From positions 2,144,001 through 2,208,000 of the forward strand of contig CBDDIJ010000002.1 of NCBI GenBank assembly GCA_965228855.1: a stretch of DNA of 64,000 nt, in the 5' to 3' direction. A program made the position numbers and the translations under genes. The stretch is from Candidatus Obscuribacterales bacterium (lineage in GTDB: Bacteria > Cyanobacteriota > Vampirovibrionia > Obscuribacterales > Obscuribacteraceae). Each line of letters starts with the position of its first letter. The first letter of the stretch is position 1. The notes under the pieces were generated by a model. The model saw only the letters and a list, made by a program, of their open reading frames with translations, searched no databases and was not told the DNA's origin. Below, in pieces: positions 18,931 through 29,830 of this stretch.

Positions 18931-20868
18931 ATGACGGATTCTATCGAGCAAAAGGAAAAGATTTCTCTTCGTGTCACGGACGCGGTGGATTCGACTGCGG
19001 CCGAAGCTGTGGCAGACCTGTCTGGCGAGCAAGTTGCTAAGGACGCTGAAGTGCCGGTTCCTCAGTTTCAAGATGCTGCTTCACAAATACATGCGCCGAT
19101 TGACGCTGCACCGGATTTTAGCGGTCGGTTTCAGGTTTTAAACCGCATTGGCGAGGGCGGTATGGGCGTCGTTTACAAGGTTTTTGACCCGGCGCTCGAA
19201 AAGGTTTTTGCGGTTAAGGTGCTCAAATCCTTTCTTTCCGGTGACAAGCATGCTTTGAAAAGATTCCAGAGAGAGGCTGAGGCTGCGATCAGTTTGAACC
19301 ATCATGGTCTGGTTTCAATTTACGAGCATGGCGTTACGGCTGATGGTACGCCGTTTCTCCTGATGGACTACATCGACGGGAAAAATCTTGCAGAGGTGAT
19401 TGCGCAAGGCGGCAAAATTGAAACATCCCGTTGTCTCAGGCTATTTTCTCAAGTGATTGAGGCGATACAGCATGTTCATAGCGCTGGATTGATTCACCGA
19501 GACATCAAGCCTCGGAACATAATTTTGTTTAAAACAGAAGCCGGTGAGGAGGCGATTAAGCTGGTCGATTTTGGAATCGCCAAAGAATCTGCTCCTGTTG
19601 GTGATACTACATCTGGTGTTACTCAGACCGGCGAGTTTCTGGGCAGCCCTCTGTACATGAGTCCCGAACAGTGTCACGGAGCAGAGCTCGAGCAACGTTC
19701 CGACATCTATTCGGCTGGTTGTGTGTTCTATGAAATGCTCACCGGTGCAACTCCATTTGCCAGTAACAATCCGGTAAAGATTGTCGTCGGTCACTTGAAT
19801 GAAAAACCGACCGCGCCCTCCACGCTGATGCCGGATAAGCCGGCATTGTCGGAGGCGCTCGACAGAATAACTCTCAAATGTCTGGAGAAAAATCCCGACT
19901 ATCGGTACCACTCGGCGGCTGCACTGCTTCACGATTTGAGCCTGGTTGAGAGCAATCAAAATCCGTTTGAAGAACGGGCAAAACAGGATCGCAAGTTGCT
20001 TTTCGCGTTTTGTAGTTTGATGGGATTGATGATGTGTGTCGTTCTTGGTGCCAGCTTCATTCCATTCGATACGGGTACCTTTACCGGCGCGATTCGTCCG
20101 CACGCCGTGCCGATATTCATCGTCAGCGTCCTGACGTTTTTGTCCTTGAGCAAGCTTATGACCGTTATGCGCACCCAGGGGCAAAAGCCCCAATCGCGGG
20201 CTGTGACAATGGTGCCGTGGACGGTATCATATCTGTCCATGTTGGGAGCTTATGTCATGCTTCCGAAGGTGCCGGATGAACCATCGGCGGTGATCGCATA
20301 TGTAGGTGCGTTTACGCTCACCCTGGTTGGGATGTTCGGCGTTTTCTTCAGATATCTGTCGGCCCCGAAGGAGTCATTTCTAGCGCCTCTTGAGAATGCC
20401 GGTCACCGCTCACCGACTGCTGATGAAAACCGACTGCTTAGACTGTTCAGAACATTCATTCTACTCAGTGCCGCATTCATGGCTCTTTATTGCAAAGCTC
20501 CAACCACTGTCTGGTTGAGCAATATACTTCCTTTTGTTGGTCCGGCGCTGTTTTTGCTGGCGACTGCGGGCGTAACATTTTCAGTAGCGCGTAAATTCAG
20601 GCGAAAGAAAGAGCAGATCAGACCAGGCGATCGCTGGCTTCTGTTGGGCTGCGGCTCGTTTCTTGCTTACATAATTTCTGATCTCGGGCAGGTTGTTTTA
20701 GACACTTTGAAAAACAATTTCATGATTGCCTTGCCGCAGTATACGCCAATCTACAGTGCTGTTGTTACCCTGGAATTTGCGTCTATGATTCTAACAGTTG
20801 CGTTCGCGATGGTCTTTCTTGCGCGTCGAAGTAGCGTCAGTCCATTTGGAAAGTCTGATGGATGGTAG
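18931..20868 (+). CDS. Hanks-type Ser/Thr protein kinase with multi-TM C-terminus
   Basis: IGEGGMGVVY, AVK, HRDIKPRN, DFG, GSPLYMSPE, DIYSAG; several hydrophobic helices at the C-terminus. Confidence 0.92.
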   Translation: MTDSIEQKEKISLRVTDAVDSTAAEAVADLSGEQVAKDAEVPVPQFQDAASQIHAPIDAAPDFSGRFQVLNRIGEGGMGVVYKVFDPALEKVFAVKVLKSFLSGDKHALKRFQREAEAAISLNHHGLVSIYEHGVTADGTPFLLMDYIDGKNLAEVIAQGGKIETSRCLRLFSQVIEAIQHVHSAGLIHRDIKPRNIILFKTEAGEEAIKLVDFGIAKESAPVGDTTSGVTQTGEFLGSPLYMSPEQCHGAELEQRSDIYSAGCVFYEMLTGATPFASNNPVKIVVGHLNEKPTAPSTLMPDKPALSEALDRITLKCLEKNPDYRYHSAAALLHDLSLVESNQNPFEERAKQDRKLLFAFCSLMGLMMCVVLGASFIPFDTGTFTGAIRPHAVPIFIVSVLTFLSLSKLMTVMRTQGQKPQSRAVTMVPWTVSYLSMLGAYVMLPKVPDEPSAVIAYVGAFTLTLVGMFGVFFRYLSAPKESFLAPLENAGHRSPTADENRLLRLFRTFILLSAAFMALYCKAPTTVWLSNILPFVGPALFLLATAGVTFSVARKFRRKKEQIRPGDRWLLLGCGSFLAYIISDLGQVVLDTLKNNFMIALPQYTPIYSAVVTLEFASMILTVAFAMVFLARRSSVSPFGKSDGW

Positions 20869-20921
20869 TCTGTGCGAGCCGCTGGCGGGCAAACGACTTT
20901 GTAGTTACTTCCTTGTAAGCT

Positions 20922-21140
20922 CTACTGCTCACGAGCTTCGGAACTGCTGCGATATGCGGTGCAGACGACTGCCGCGGGGCGTTCTGCTTTCAAACAGTCG
21001 TTATCGTTGTTGAACCGGCAATCGTCGCAGAGAAACTTGCCTTTACCCTGACTGGAACCGGCCGCATAGATCGAGATTGTGCTGGCGATCGCGACAGTCA
21101 GCAACAAGAAAACGACTTGCCAATCGGTTATCTGTTCCAT
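20922..21140 (-). CDS. Small membrane protein with four Cys (CxxC...C...C)
   Basis: TM helix followed by CDDC..DC..VC; GA-rich RBS. Confidence 0.55.
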   Translation of the reverse strand: MEQITDWQVVFLLLTVAIASTISIYAAGSSQGKGKFLCDDCRFNNDNDCLKAERPAAVVCTAYRSSSEAREQ

Positions 21141-21261
21141 CTTCCCTCGGTGAGCCGGCTTTGTGACAGCGTTGGGCAATCGTCAATTGAGATGCCAAGC
21201 AACGCGCCTTCACGGTATGATTATCTGTTAATCGGCTCCGAGCACGAGCTCGCGGTCGGCG

Positions 21262-22242
21262 ATGTTTCTAATCAACGTGAGTATGATGCATTCTATCAAC
21301 GTAAGGTCTGGAATTTCCTTGTCACGTCAAGTTCTTGTGAGTCTTTTAATGGCGGTGTATTCACCTGCATGCGCACAAACTTCCAGACCGCCGTCAAAGC
21401 CTGCAACGAATACGAAAACTATCACTACTAAAACATCCGTCAAATCCGATTCGACGATTAAAACTGGTGCGACTGCTAAGAGCGGTGTAGCGGCGAAAAC
21501 GAAAACAGGCGAAAGTACCTTTAGAAACGCCATGGTTCTTGATGATCCGACGGCACCTCCCACCGGTAAGAAGGTTGATGTTTGGGAGCTGAAACAAACC
21601 TCCGTTATGGCCGGCCCGATTACTTGCCTGATATCACCACAGGCGGTGCGGCTCCGGGTAGAAAAACTCGGTATCACCTGGATGTTCAAAGGACCAAAGT
21701 GGGATGCCTACCTGTTTAATACAGAAACGAAGAATTATTGCAGCTTCCCTTATGCGGAATGGAAAGACAAAGCATTCTTTATGCCCAGCCAGAAAAGCGG
21801 TCGAGCAAAATCGGATATGGCCAACATGAAGGCTGAGAAGACCGGTAAGACCGTCAGTATCTCAGGTTCCAAAGCTTTTGAGGTGGCTCTGACTCGCCAG
21901 AATGGCACTAAATACGGTGAACTGTGGATGGCTGAAGGTATCGTCGCTCCGAAGCAATTTTCAGAGGTGGTCGGAGGCATGGTCATGGTTCCCATCAAAA
22001 CTGGTGGAACGCCCTTGCGAGCCGCTGTTTTCAAAGAACGCCAGGGAAAGCTAGTCCAGGTTCTCGATACCACTATTGCCACCAAGAAATCTGTTGACTC
22101 TTGTGTGTTCGAGCCAATGAAGGGCTACAACAAGGTGAAGGATGAGATGGCGCTGCTATTTGCGGAAAGCCCGGAAGGCTCAGCAGGCATGTTTGAAACG
22201 CAGAACGGAAAGTCGCCGTTGCGTGGACCCGGTGGGCTTTAG
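21262..22242 (+). CDS. Exported hypothetical protein (DUF4412-like), paralog of 45981-46955
   Basis: Signal-like N-terminus; shared VW...Q...G and W...PKWD motifs. Confidence 0.6.
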   Translation: MFLINVSMMHSINVRSGISLSRQVLVSLLMAVYSPACAQTSRPPSKPATNTKTITTKTSVKSDSTIKTGATAKSGVAAKTKTGESTFRNAMVLDDPTAPPTGKKVDVWELKQTSVMAGPITCLISPQAVRLRVEKLGITWMFKGPKWDAYLFNTETKNYCSFPYAEWKDKAFFMPSQKSGRAKSDMANMKAEKTGKTVSISGSKAFEVALTRQNGTKYGELWMAEGIVAPKQFSEVVGGMVMVPIKTGGTPLRAAVFKERQGKLVQVLDTTIATKKSVDSCVFEPMKGYNKVKDEMALLFAESPEGSAGMFETQNGKSPLRGPGGL

Positions 22243-22302
22243 CTCAGGGTTTCTCAGAACGGTTCGCAACCGGCGTAGGACCGGAGAGGCGCTGCTGCGA
22301 GC

Positions 22303-23418
22303 TTATTGAGGGCTTGGACCGAATAGTTCAGGCGCGAACTGACGAACGCATGGAACGGTGACTGCTGCGGCAAATTTCTTCATCTCGGCATTCGTCTCTA
22401 CGTCCCGTCCGCGGCGGGCGACTACTCCGACTACTTTTCCTCGCACGTTCAGAACCGGACCACCGCTGTTTCCTACACCAACGGCTGCATCGACTTGCAG
22501 TGTCCTTGGTGTCACACGGCTGACCCGTCCATTGCTGAACGTCGGTGTGAAATACTGAGAGGAGTCCTGATCGATCTGATCCGACTCCAGTGGATAGCCG
22601 ATGACCTGTACTTCTTGACCCTCTGTTGGTTCAATTGGGTCAAGTTCTAACGCAGGAATTCTTGTGTTTTTTACGAACAGGAGAGCCAGATCAGGCTCGT
22701 CGGGAGTCTGCCCTGACATCCGGTAAAGATGCCCTTTTAGAGGTGTCTGCGTGGCAGAACCTGGGGGATGGATAAAGTTTCCAACGTCGCTTTGAACACC
22801 AACTATGGTGGCGTATCTTTTGAACATGTTGCGAATCGGATCTGCACGCTCAGATAAATAGGACTCATAGCAATCCCAGATGGCATCTACTGTTTGACCG
22901 TATGCGGTTTTTTCTCCGACGTTCATTCGCTTTGTCTGGGACCAGTTGACGATTGTCTGCAATTCACGATAGCGTCCGTCCGCATCCCGGCCGCCTGCTG
23001 TTTGTTCTGCGTAAAGGCGCATGGCTGCAAAAAAGCGCTCGCACTCTTTTATGTGCAGGTCTGCCTTATCGACAACGTGTCTGCTGGTCAAGAAATATGT
23101 TCCATCGGTTTTAGCCGCTTTTACAGGAAATGCCGTCCCATAGCTCATCACTCTCCAGCCGCGATACTGGGGGCTGGTAGTGTAGACCGGGAGGTGGAGC
23201 TTCGGTGACAGGTCGGAGAGTTGCGCAAATTGACCGTCTTTCAGCTTCAAAACTAAACCGACGTTTACTTGATAGACCTGGTTTTTTACTATTTTGTCGA
23301 CCTTCTCCCAGGACTCAACAGGTTTGCACTGACCTGGCGATGCTGATGCGCAAACGAAAAACAAAGCCGCGGTCAGTGCCGCGAACGCCCGGATTGTTTT
23401 TTCTCTGGTTACCGCCAT
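22303..23418 (-). CDS. Secreted trypsin-like (S1) serine protease
   Basis: LTSRHV, DLALL, IGYP, GNSGGPV. Confidence 0.85.
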   Translation of the reverse strand: MAVTREKTIRAFAALTAALFFVCASASPGQCKPVESWEKVDKIVKNQVYQVNVGLVLKLKDGQFAQLSDLSPKLHLPVYTTSPQYRGWRVMSYGTAFPVKAAKTDGTYFLTSRHVVDKADLHIKECERFFAAMRLYAEQTAGGRDADGRYRELQTIVNWSQTKRMNVGEKTAYGQTVDAIWDCYESYLSERADPIRNMFKRYATIVGVQSDVGNFIHPPGSATQTPLKGHLYRMSGQTPDEPDLALLFVKNTRIPALELDPIEPTEGQEVQVIGYPLESDQIDQDSSQYFTPTFSNGRVSRVTPRTLQVDAAVGVGNSGGPVLNVRGKVVGVVARRGRDVETNAEMKKFAAAVTVPCVRQFAPELFGPSPQ

Positions 23419-23434
23419 GCGCTTAATGCCTGGT

Positions 23435-24949
23435 CTAACGGTCTTCGAAACACACTTCTAGTTCAAACGTACGTTTCCATGGGAAGCTAACGCGCAGATT
23501 GCCTGGCTCGAACTTCATCGATTGTCCGATCTTTGCCAGATACGGGCGAATCAATTGTGCAAGTTGGTCAATCGATGCATCTGCTGTTAGTTGAGGACGT
23601 ACTCGGGTTTGATATGCCCAGTCGTCAGCAAGTCTAGTGAACATACAGCGATTGAAGGCCTTGTCCGTAAGCTCATTGCGACGCTGAGTTCTGATCGCAA
23701 ACAACCTGGCCACACCCATACTCAGTGCTGAGCCAATGGTATTACCTGTGGTGTTCCACCCCGCGTAGCCTATAAGCTTGGCGATGAGGTCAGGGCGTTG
23801 AATCAGTTCTTCTGAAAGCAAAGGATCGGAACCGTTGGCATAAGCGACATCGCAAAGGATGCAAGGAGTAGTTGCTTTCTCAAGGATAGCAATTGTTTCC
23901 TTCACCTGCATTCTGGTATCGATTTGGCGCAAATCTGGCTGACCAGGTAAGAGAATATGATCTCCCTGCTGAACATCGGAACCGTGCATCACAATGGTGA
24001 TATCGATTGTATTGCCACCATTCGACGAGCCGTCGAATTCGTTAACGAATTCGATGCCTGCTGCTTCGACCTGGGATTCGAGCGTTTCTCCGACGGTCTG
24101 ACCCTCATACCGGCTGGGGCAGTTGGCCACTCCTGGCGGGCTGAATACCGGTTTTGCACGGATCTTCACGTTACTCGTTCTAAGCTGATCGTTCAGCCAG
24201 GATGACAGCAGGGTGTCGATAACCTCATCGGCACCGGGATAGGAAAAGACCTTTTTCGTCAGACCTTGTTGCTGAACTTTCAGCACGAGTTTCTCGCGTT
24301 CCAAAACATTCAAGCCTTGATTGCCGGAATCGTCCACACTGACAATTAATCGGTCGATCAACTTATCGCCGACCATGTCGACTATTTCCTGATTTATCTG
24401 GAAGTTTCTAAAGCGAAGCTTGAGGTAGTCGTCGCGAATTTCGAGCGGGATTCTTCTCTCGTATGAATCAAGCAGACCCTGATTGACCTTATTCGTTTTC
24501 GACATGCGGTAGAGGACACCGGACCACTCGAAGATTTCTTTGCCGTAGCGAGCCCAGTATTGTTTTTCTTCGGTATTGTCGTAGTTGTCCGAGATTCGCA
24601 TGATGCTTGTCTGCGCGAATATCTTCGGTTTGTCTTTGCCGTTTGGACGCCATTTCTTGAGGCTGCCCAGGCGCTTTGCAATGGTTTTTGCCGGATCGTC
24701 GCATCTACGCGACGTAATCAGCCCACCATACAGAATGCTGTCCAGACCTATGATTACGACGTCTAATTGGTTTCGCTCGAGGGTCGTATTAATCCAACCG
24801 ATCAGGGAGTCAATCTGGGCGGCGTGAAATAGTGAGCCCATTAACGACCGCGGAGGCGCAATAATCTCGATGCCCGCCGCATTGGCAATCATGGACGGAA
24901 AAACGTAAGTTACTGGTCTGTCATCGAGAGGTATTAGTAGTGCTTTCAT
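23435..24949 (-). CDS. DUF4127 family protein
   Basis: IPLDDRP, YGGLI.SR, PGADE, DVAYANG, YAGWNTTGNTIG. Confidence 0.78.
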   Translation of the reverse strand: MKALLIPLDDRPVTYVFPSMIANAAGIEIIAPPRSLMGSLFHAAQIDSLIGWINTTLERNQLDVVIIGLDSILYGGLITSRRCDDPAKTIAKRLGSLKKWRPNGKDKPKIFAQTSIMRISDNYDNTEEKQYWARYGKEIFEWSGVLYRMSKTNKVNQGLLDSYERRIPLEIRDDYLKLRFRNFQINQEIVDMVGDKLIDRLIVSVDDSGNQGLNVLEREKLVLKVQQQGLTKKVFSYPGADEVIDTLLSSWLNDQLRTSNVKIRAKPVFSPPGVANCPSRYEGQTVGETLESQVEAAGIEFVNEFDGSSNGGNTIDITIVMHGSDVQQGDHILLPGQPDLRQIDTRMQVKETIAILEKATTPCILCDVAYANGSDPLLSEELIQRPDLIAKLIGYAGWNTTGNTIGSALSMGVARLFAIRTQRRNELTDKAFNRCMFTRLADDWAYQTRVRPQLTADASIDQLAQLIRPYLAKIGQSMKFEPGNLRVSFPWKRTFELEVCFEDR

Positions 24950-24992
24950 TCAGTTGATTCCGCTTGCCGCCAGGGTCTCCGTGCTCTCAAAT

Positions 24993-25778
24993 TTAAGGCT
25001 GTCCTGAACTGAGACTGGGTCCGCCCTGACGCATGATCATGGGCATAGCCGAGTCCGGTACGATGTTTACTCCGTGAATTTTGGTGTCCGCCGCTTGCGC
25101 CACCATTACGGCGTTCGCCGGTCCTGTTGATGAGGCTGCCGCGCCGGACGAAACTGTTTCCGCCAGTTCGAGGTCGCTCATATCGGGCTTGGACCACAGG
25201 GCCGCCTCAAAAAACAGGTATTGACCGATTAAATCCCCTTCGATAGGCGTTTCGATATATAGTTCGGCAACGCCGGATTCCGGTATCTTGGCGATAGATA
25301 CGACTTTCCTGTCGGGACCCAGTCTGATGCTGTGTCCGACAATGGGCTTGGCGCCTTTGTCTTTGTCGGCCATCGCAATGGCGACCCACATACCGGGCTT
25401 GCCTTTGACCGTGAAACGAGCGGGCGCCCCCAATAGCATTCTCTCGGGCATAAACAGCCGGGCGCCGATCAAACGGTCCTTGAGACTGAGCTTGCCGAAC
25501 GCCGAGGGCGGTCTCTGGGCGATGCTCTTCGGCGAAGAGTTTAAACTGATGCTGCCTAATTCAGACTCTGCTTCCGTGGCTGAGGAATCTTCTTCTTCAC
25601 TCCCAGCCATGCTGAAGGGGTTGGGGGTGGTCTTGATCATATTTGGCGGTCCATAGTCGCATTCCTCGACGGTCCATCCCGGCATCGCGGTAAGCAGCAT
25701 TGAAAGCGCCGCCAATGCCGTGCCCAGATATGTTTTTCCGGGGAGTCTTGTCAATGGATGGGAGCTGTTCTGGATCAC
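24993..25778 (-). CDS. Exported hypothetical protein
   Basis: Signal-like N-terminus; same strand as, and close to, the DUF4127 and protease genes. Confidence 0.6.
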   Translation of the reverse strand: MIQNSSHPLTRLPGKTYLGTALAALSMLLTAMPGWTVEECDYGPPNMIKTTPNPFSMAGSEEEDSSATEAESELGSISLNSSPKSIAQRPPSAFGKLSLKDRLIGARLFMPERMLLGAPARFTVKGKPGMWVAIAMADKDKGAKPIVGHSIRLGPDRKVVSIAKIPESGVAELYIETPIEGDLIGQYLFFEAALWSKPDMSDLELAETVSSGAAASSTGPANAVMVAQAADTKIHGVNIVPDSAMPMIMRQGGPSLSSGQP

Positions 25779-25873
25779 TGTCTGCCTCGTACACGTTCTG
25801 GGACTCAGGAGACCCGTGAGTGTATGCTAAAAGATAGGCTCAATACTACCACCAGCAATACCTACTTGAAACT

Positions 25874-26179
25874 TTGAAGTCCAGCGGCGACAAACCGAAA
25901 ACATCATCCGTGCCACACGAGTGGCAGGGGGATCCGCTTGTAACGACGGAAAAAATCTTCTCATGGGCAAAGGAGCAAATCCCTCTTGTTGATTGTTTTC
26001 TCGTTGCTATGAGCGTTCACGTCATTCTGCTTCCGATCATGTGGATTGCCGGTTGGGCTTTACCGTGGCCGAAACCACCCGTTATCACGACAATTATCGA
26101 GTATGACTTGCGCAACTGGCCAAAAGTTGCCAAGCCCAAGGATGTTGTTCAAATTGTCGATCCTGATTTAAACCCGTAA
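25874..26179 (+). CDS. Small single-TM membrane protein
   Basis: SVHVILL TM segment followed by a Pro-rich stretch. Confidence 0.55.
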   Translation: MKSSGDKPKTSSVPHEWQGDPLVTTEKIFSWAKEQIPLVDCFLVAMSVHVILLPIMWIAGWALPWPKPPVITTIIEYDLRNWPKVAKPKDVVQIVDPDLNP

Positions 26180-26521
26180 TCAGGTCGAAACCCGAACGCG
26201 GGTTTGTGTATATACGATCGCTATCGAGCGGTTTAAGCAAAATTTTTGCCTTCTGAATTGAACTTTTTTGCGCTTTAGTACGTATATCTGTATAGGTGGG
26301 TCTCGGCTCTACTTGATCGCTCTTGTGTATACAAGAACGATCGCTTTTGTATGTCCGCAAGAGTGGCTCTGGTAGCCATTCTTCAGAATACCTGTTCTAG
26401 TAAGCTTGTTATATAAGCAAGCTTTGTTTTGCCCCTATATCTATGTGAGTGGTGCTCGAATATACGAGCGATCGAATCGCGATTTGCACCTGACCAAGCG
26501 TTTCTCCGGAGGCACGTACTG

Positions 26522-29245
26522 ATGTCTAATCCATCAGCAAGCGACATTCTCAATATGAACATCCGCGCGTTGCCGGATTCGAAGGTTTGGATTTTTCCGG
26601 ACCAGCCGGAGGTGCCGAAGGACTTGATCGATGTCGCGCTCGGCTCGCCGGTGATTGCGGCGTTATTGATGAGGCGGGGCATGAAAACAGCCGAGCATGC
26701 CCGTCAATTTCTTGACGAGTCGAGTTACGTGCCGACGCCCCCGTCTGAACTTCCCGATGTCGACAAAGCGGTGGCGCGCATTCGCAAAGCTATCGACGAG
26801 AAACAACACATCACTATATATGGTGACTACGACGTTGACGGAGTTACAGGAACATCAGTTCTTCTGACAGTTCTGAAAGAGCTGGGCGCTGACGTCGATT
26901 ACTACATTCCAAATCGAGTAAGCGAGGGCTATGGACTCAATCTGAAGGCAATTAGCATTCTTGCCAGCAAAAAGAAGACACGACTGATTATCACCTGTGA
27001 CTGTGGTGTATCGAATTTCGCGGAAATCGGCTTTGCTCGCTCACTCTCTGTCGATACTCTTGTTCTTGACCATCACACGATGCCGGAAGTTCTGCCACCA
27101 GCGGTGGCGGTGGTGCATCCCAAGTTGTTGAATGAAGAGCATCCGCTGTATCATCTGCCGGGTGTCGGGGTTGCTTACAAAGTTTGCGAAGCTTTGTTGA
27201 ATCAGATGGGTAAGCCGGAAAAGGCTGATGAACTCCTCGACTATGTGACCATGGGAATGATTGCGGATTTGGTTCCACTCATAAGAGAGAATCGTTATCT
27301 GGTCAAAATTGGTTTGGAAAAGTTGGTAAAAACCAATCGCATCGGCTTAAAAGCATTGTTGGCTCAGGTCAATGGTCAAAGCGATACGGATCTTGTGGGC
27401 TTTGGTATGGCTCCTCGCATCAACGCTGCAGGCAGACTGTCCGATGCCAGTAAGGCTGTGGAACTGCTCACCACTGACGATACCAGTGTTGCTGAAAACA
27501 TCGCGCATGAGTTGCATACCGAAAATCTTCGCCGCCAGGAGATGTGCGAGCAGATTTTCATGCAAGCCGACCTGCGTGTTCAGAAACAGCTCCAGGGCAA
27601 TGGCTGGCATGACCAGAAGTGCATCGCAATCTACGATCGCGATTGGCATCATGGGGTTGTCGGAATTGTCGCTTCGAGGCTGGTGGAAAAATATCACCGT
27701 CCTGTCTTCATCGGACAGCATGACATAGAGGAAAATGTCGTACGGGGTTCCGCACGCGGAGTCGAGCAAATAGACCTTTATCAGGTGCTCAAGGCCAATG
27801 AGCATTTGCTGAACCGTTGGGGTGGTCACAAGATGGCCGCAGGCTTCTCTGTAGAGTTCGGCAAAGCTGAAGAACTTTGTCGAGCGCTGATTTCAACTTG
27901 TAATCGCATGATGAGCGAGCAGCCTCTAGCTGGAATCGTTGAGGTAGACCTGCATGTAGAGCAGACTTCCGTCGATCTGGACCTCGCCAAGCAATTGAGA
28001 GTACTTGCTCCGTTCGGAATGTCGAACCGCAAGCCGCGCTTTTGCATGAAAGGTCTGATGACGCATGAAGTCCGGACGCTCGGCAAAGAAGGTAAACATC
28101 ACAAGCTGATGTTGAAAGGCGAAAAGGGCGAGCTTTTCGAGTGTGTTATGTGGAACAGTCAGGGGCGCGTGCCTAACGAGGGACGCCCGGTCGACCTTGT
28201 TTTCACGGCTGACGTCAATACGTTTAACGGTCGTGAACGTCTGCAGTTAGTGGTTAATGACTGGCGCGATCTGCATGTCGGAGACGAAGTGACCAGCTAT
28301 GAGCAAGTCAAGGACGCCTTAAATGCGGCACTGGCTAAGCAGAACGCAGCTAATCTCAGTGATACTACTGGTGGTGCGGCGGTTGCCGCGCCGGTCGCGT
28401 CGACGCCTGTTGTGGATGCCGGAAGCGTAAGTCCGGCTGCTGTCCTCGATAGCATGGCGAAGGCGGTGGAGAATATCACAAAGCCTATGCGCGACTCCCT
28501 GACTACGCACGTTTCCTCGGTGAAGTTCAGCTGGAGTGATTTGCGCGCTAACGAACAAGCGCTAGATCTGTTGAAACGAGGCAAAGCAAAATTCGGACCG
28601 CAGATGATGGTATTCGGCGAGACCTGCGCGGCAATGCCCGGCGTTCTTGTAGACCGTACGGCTGTGACGAAGGCTCCTCATTTGATGATCTGGCAGTTTC
28701 CGCCGACGCAAGAGGTTTTTCAACAGCTGCTGCAGTCGTCCGGATGTGAAAAGCTGTACTTCATAGGCGCCGGTTCGACCGAGACCGATGAGCCTGCGGC
28801 TTATCTAAAACGCCTTTACGGGCTGGTTCGCTATGCCGTCAATCAGAAAGAAGGAAAAGTCGAGGCGGACAAGCTCGCGGCCCTGATGGGTGGTACGAAA
28901 ATGACACTCGCTCTCGCGCTTGGCGTGCTCAAAGGCGTACACCTGATAGATTGGTTTACAGAAGAGGGAGTCATTCATCTCGACTATCTCGGGCATACCG
29001 AAGGCGCCTTCGAAGAGACGCCCGAGTATCAGCAGTTGGCTCAAAACCTCGACGAGATTAAGGCTTTCCGGCGTTGGTGTGCGGAAACACCTTTGAAGGA
29101 GATACAATTGTCGCTTATCCGTAATAGCGTCCCCATGACTCGGGAGACCGACGAGGAGCCATTGGGCTCTGAGGAAGGAATAGACGACGATTATGACAAC
29201 TCAGATGGACAGACAACCGAAAACGGAATTGGAACTTCCTCTTAG
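26522..29245 (+). CDS. recJ: ssDNA-specific exonuclease RecJ with long C-terminal extension
   Basis: YGDYDVDG, EGYGL, TCDCG, DHH, PRINAAGRL, GSAR, GGHKMAAG; RBS GGAGG. Confidence 0.95.
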   Translation: MSNPSASDILNMNIRALPDSKVWIFPDQPEVPKDLIDVALGSPVIAALLMRRGMKTAEHARQFLDESSYVPTPPSELPDVDKAVARIRKAIDEKQHITIYGDYDVDGVTGTSVLLTVLKELGADVDYYIPNRVSEGYGLNLKAISILASKKKTRLIITCDCGVSNFAEIGFARSLSVDTLVLDHHTMPEVLPPAVAVVHPKLLNEEHPLYHLPGVGVAYKVCEALLNQMGKPEKADELLDYVTMGMIADLVPLIRENRYLVKIGLEKLVKTNRIGLKALLAQVNGQSDTDLVGFGMAPRINAAGRLSDASKAVELLTTDDTSVAENIAHELHTENLRRQEMCEQIFMQADLRVQKQLQGNGWHDQKCIAIYDRDWHHGVVGIVASRLVEKYHRPVFIGQHDIEENVVRGSARGVEQIDLYQVLKANEHLLNRWGGHKMAAGFSVEFGKAEELCRALISTCNRMMSEQPLAGIVEVDLHVEQTSVDLDLAKQLRVLAPFGMSNRKPRFCMKGLMTHEVRTLGKEGKHHKLMLKGEKGELFECVMWNSQGRVPNEGRPVDLVFTADVNTFNGRERLQLVVNDWRDLHVGDEVTSYEQVKDALNAALAKQNAANLSDTTGGAAVAAPVASTPVVDAGSVSPAAVLDSMAKAVENITKPMRDSLTTHVSSVKFSWSDLRANEQALDLLKRGKAKFGPQMMVFGETCAAMPGVLVDRTAVTKAPHLMIWQFPPTQEVFQQLLQSSGCEKLYFIGAGSTETDEPAAYLKRLYGLVRYAVNQKEGKVEADKLAALMGGTKMTLALALGVLKGVHLIDWFTEEGVIHLDYLGHTEGAFEETPEYQQLAQNLDEIKAFRRWCAETPLKEIQLSLIRNSVPMTRETDEEPLGSEEGIDDDYDNSDGQTTENGIGTSS

Positions 29246-29777
29246 CAAAGAGAAAGAAGATTGGCTTAAGAGCACGATTCGCGACATTCCCGATTTTCCG
29301 AAACCAGGAATTATCTTTAAAGACGTCACGACGTTGATGAAACACGGCGAAGCTTTCCACTTCACCCTACATGCGCTCGCTCAGCGTGTTGCTAAGCTCA
29401 ATGCCGATGTGCTCGTTGGTATTGAAGCGCGTGGTTTCATGCTGGCTCCAGCAATCGCGGACATTCTCGGAAAAGGTTTTGTGCCGATTAGAAAACCAGG
29501 CAAGCTGCCTTATAAGGTAGAGCGTGTTGATTATGCTCTGGAATATGGAACTGACACAATCGAGATTCACATTGATGCGATTGAGAAAGGACAGCGCGTC
29601 GTGCTTATCGACGACCTTCTAGCTACCGGCGGCACCGCGCAAGCGGCGGAGAAACTGATTGAGAAAGTCGGTGGTGAGCTCGTTGGTGTTGGTTTCGTGA
29701 TTGAACTCGGGTTTCTCGACGGTCGTTCGAAGCTGTCGAAGAGCGCCGATATATTCTCGTTGATCAACTACACCTAG
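29193..29777 (+). CDS. apt: Adenine phosphoribosyltransferase
   Basis: IPDFPKPGIIFKD, GIEARGF, RKPGKLP, LEYG, VLIDDLLATGGT. Confidence 0.96.
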   Translation: MTTQMDRQPKTELELPLSKEKEDWLKSTIRDIPDFPKPGIIFKDVTTLMKHGEAFHFTLHALAQRVAKLNADVLVGIEARGFMLAPAIADILGKGFVPIRKPGKLPYKVERVDYALEYGTDTIEIHIDAIEKGQRVVLIDDLLATGGTAQAAEKLIEKVGGELVGVGFVIELGFLDGRSKLSKSADIFSLINYT

Positions 29778-29830
29778 AGGTCGGTTTCGGTCCAAGCGAT
29801 CCGACGTAAATCCTTTTCTGGAACTGTCGC

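Noticed and set aside
19441..20193. 250 aa antisense ORF inside the kinase gene, and similar shadow ORFs such as 49505-50191
   Set aside because: Fully overlaps a well-supported gene on the opposite strand and has no motifs
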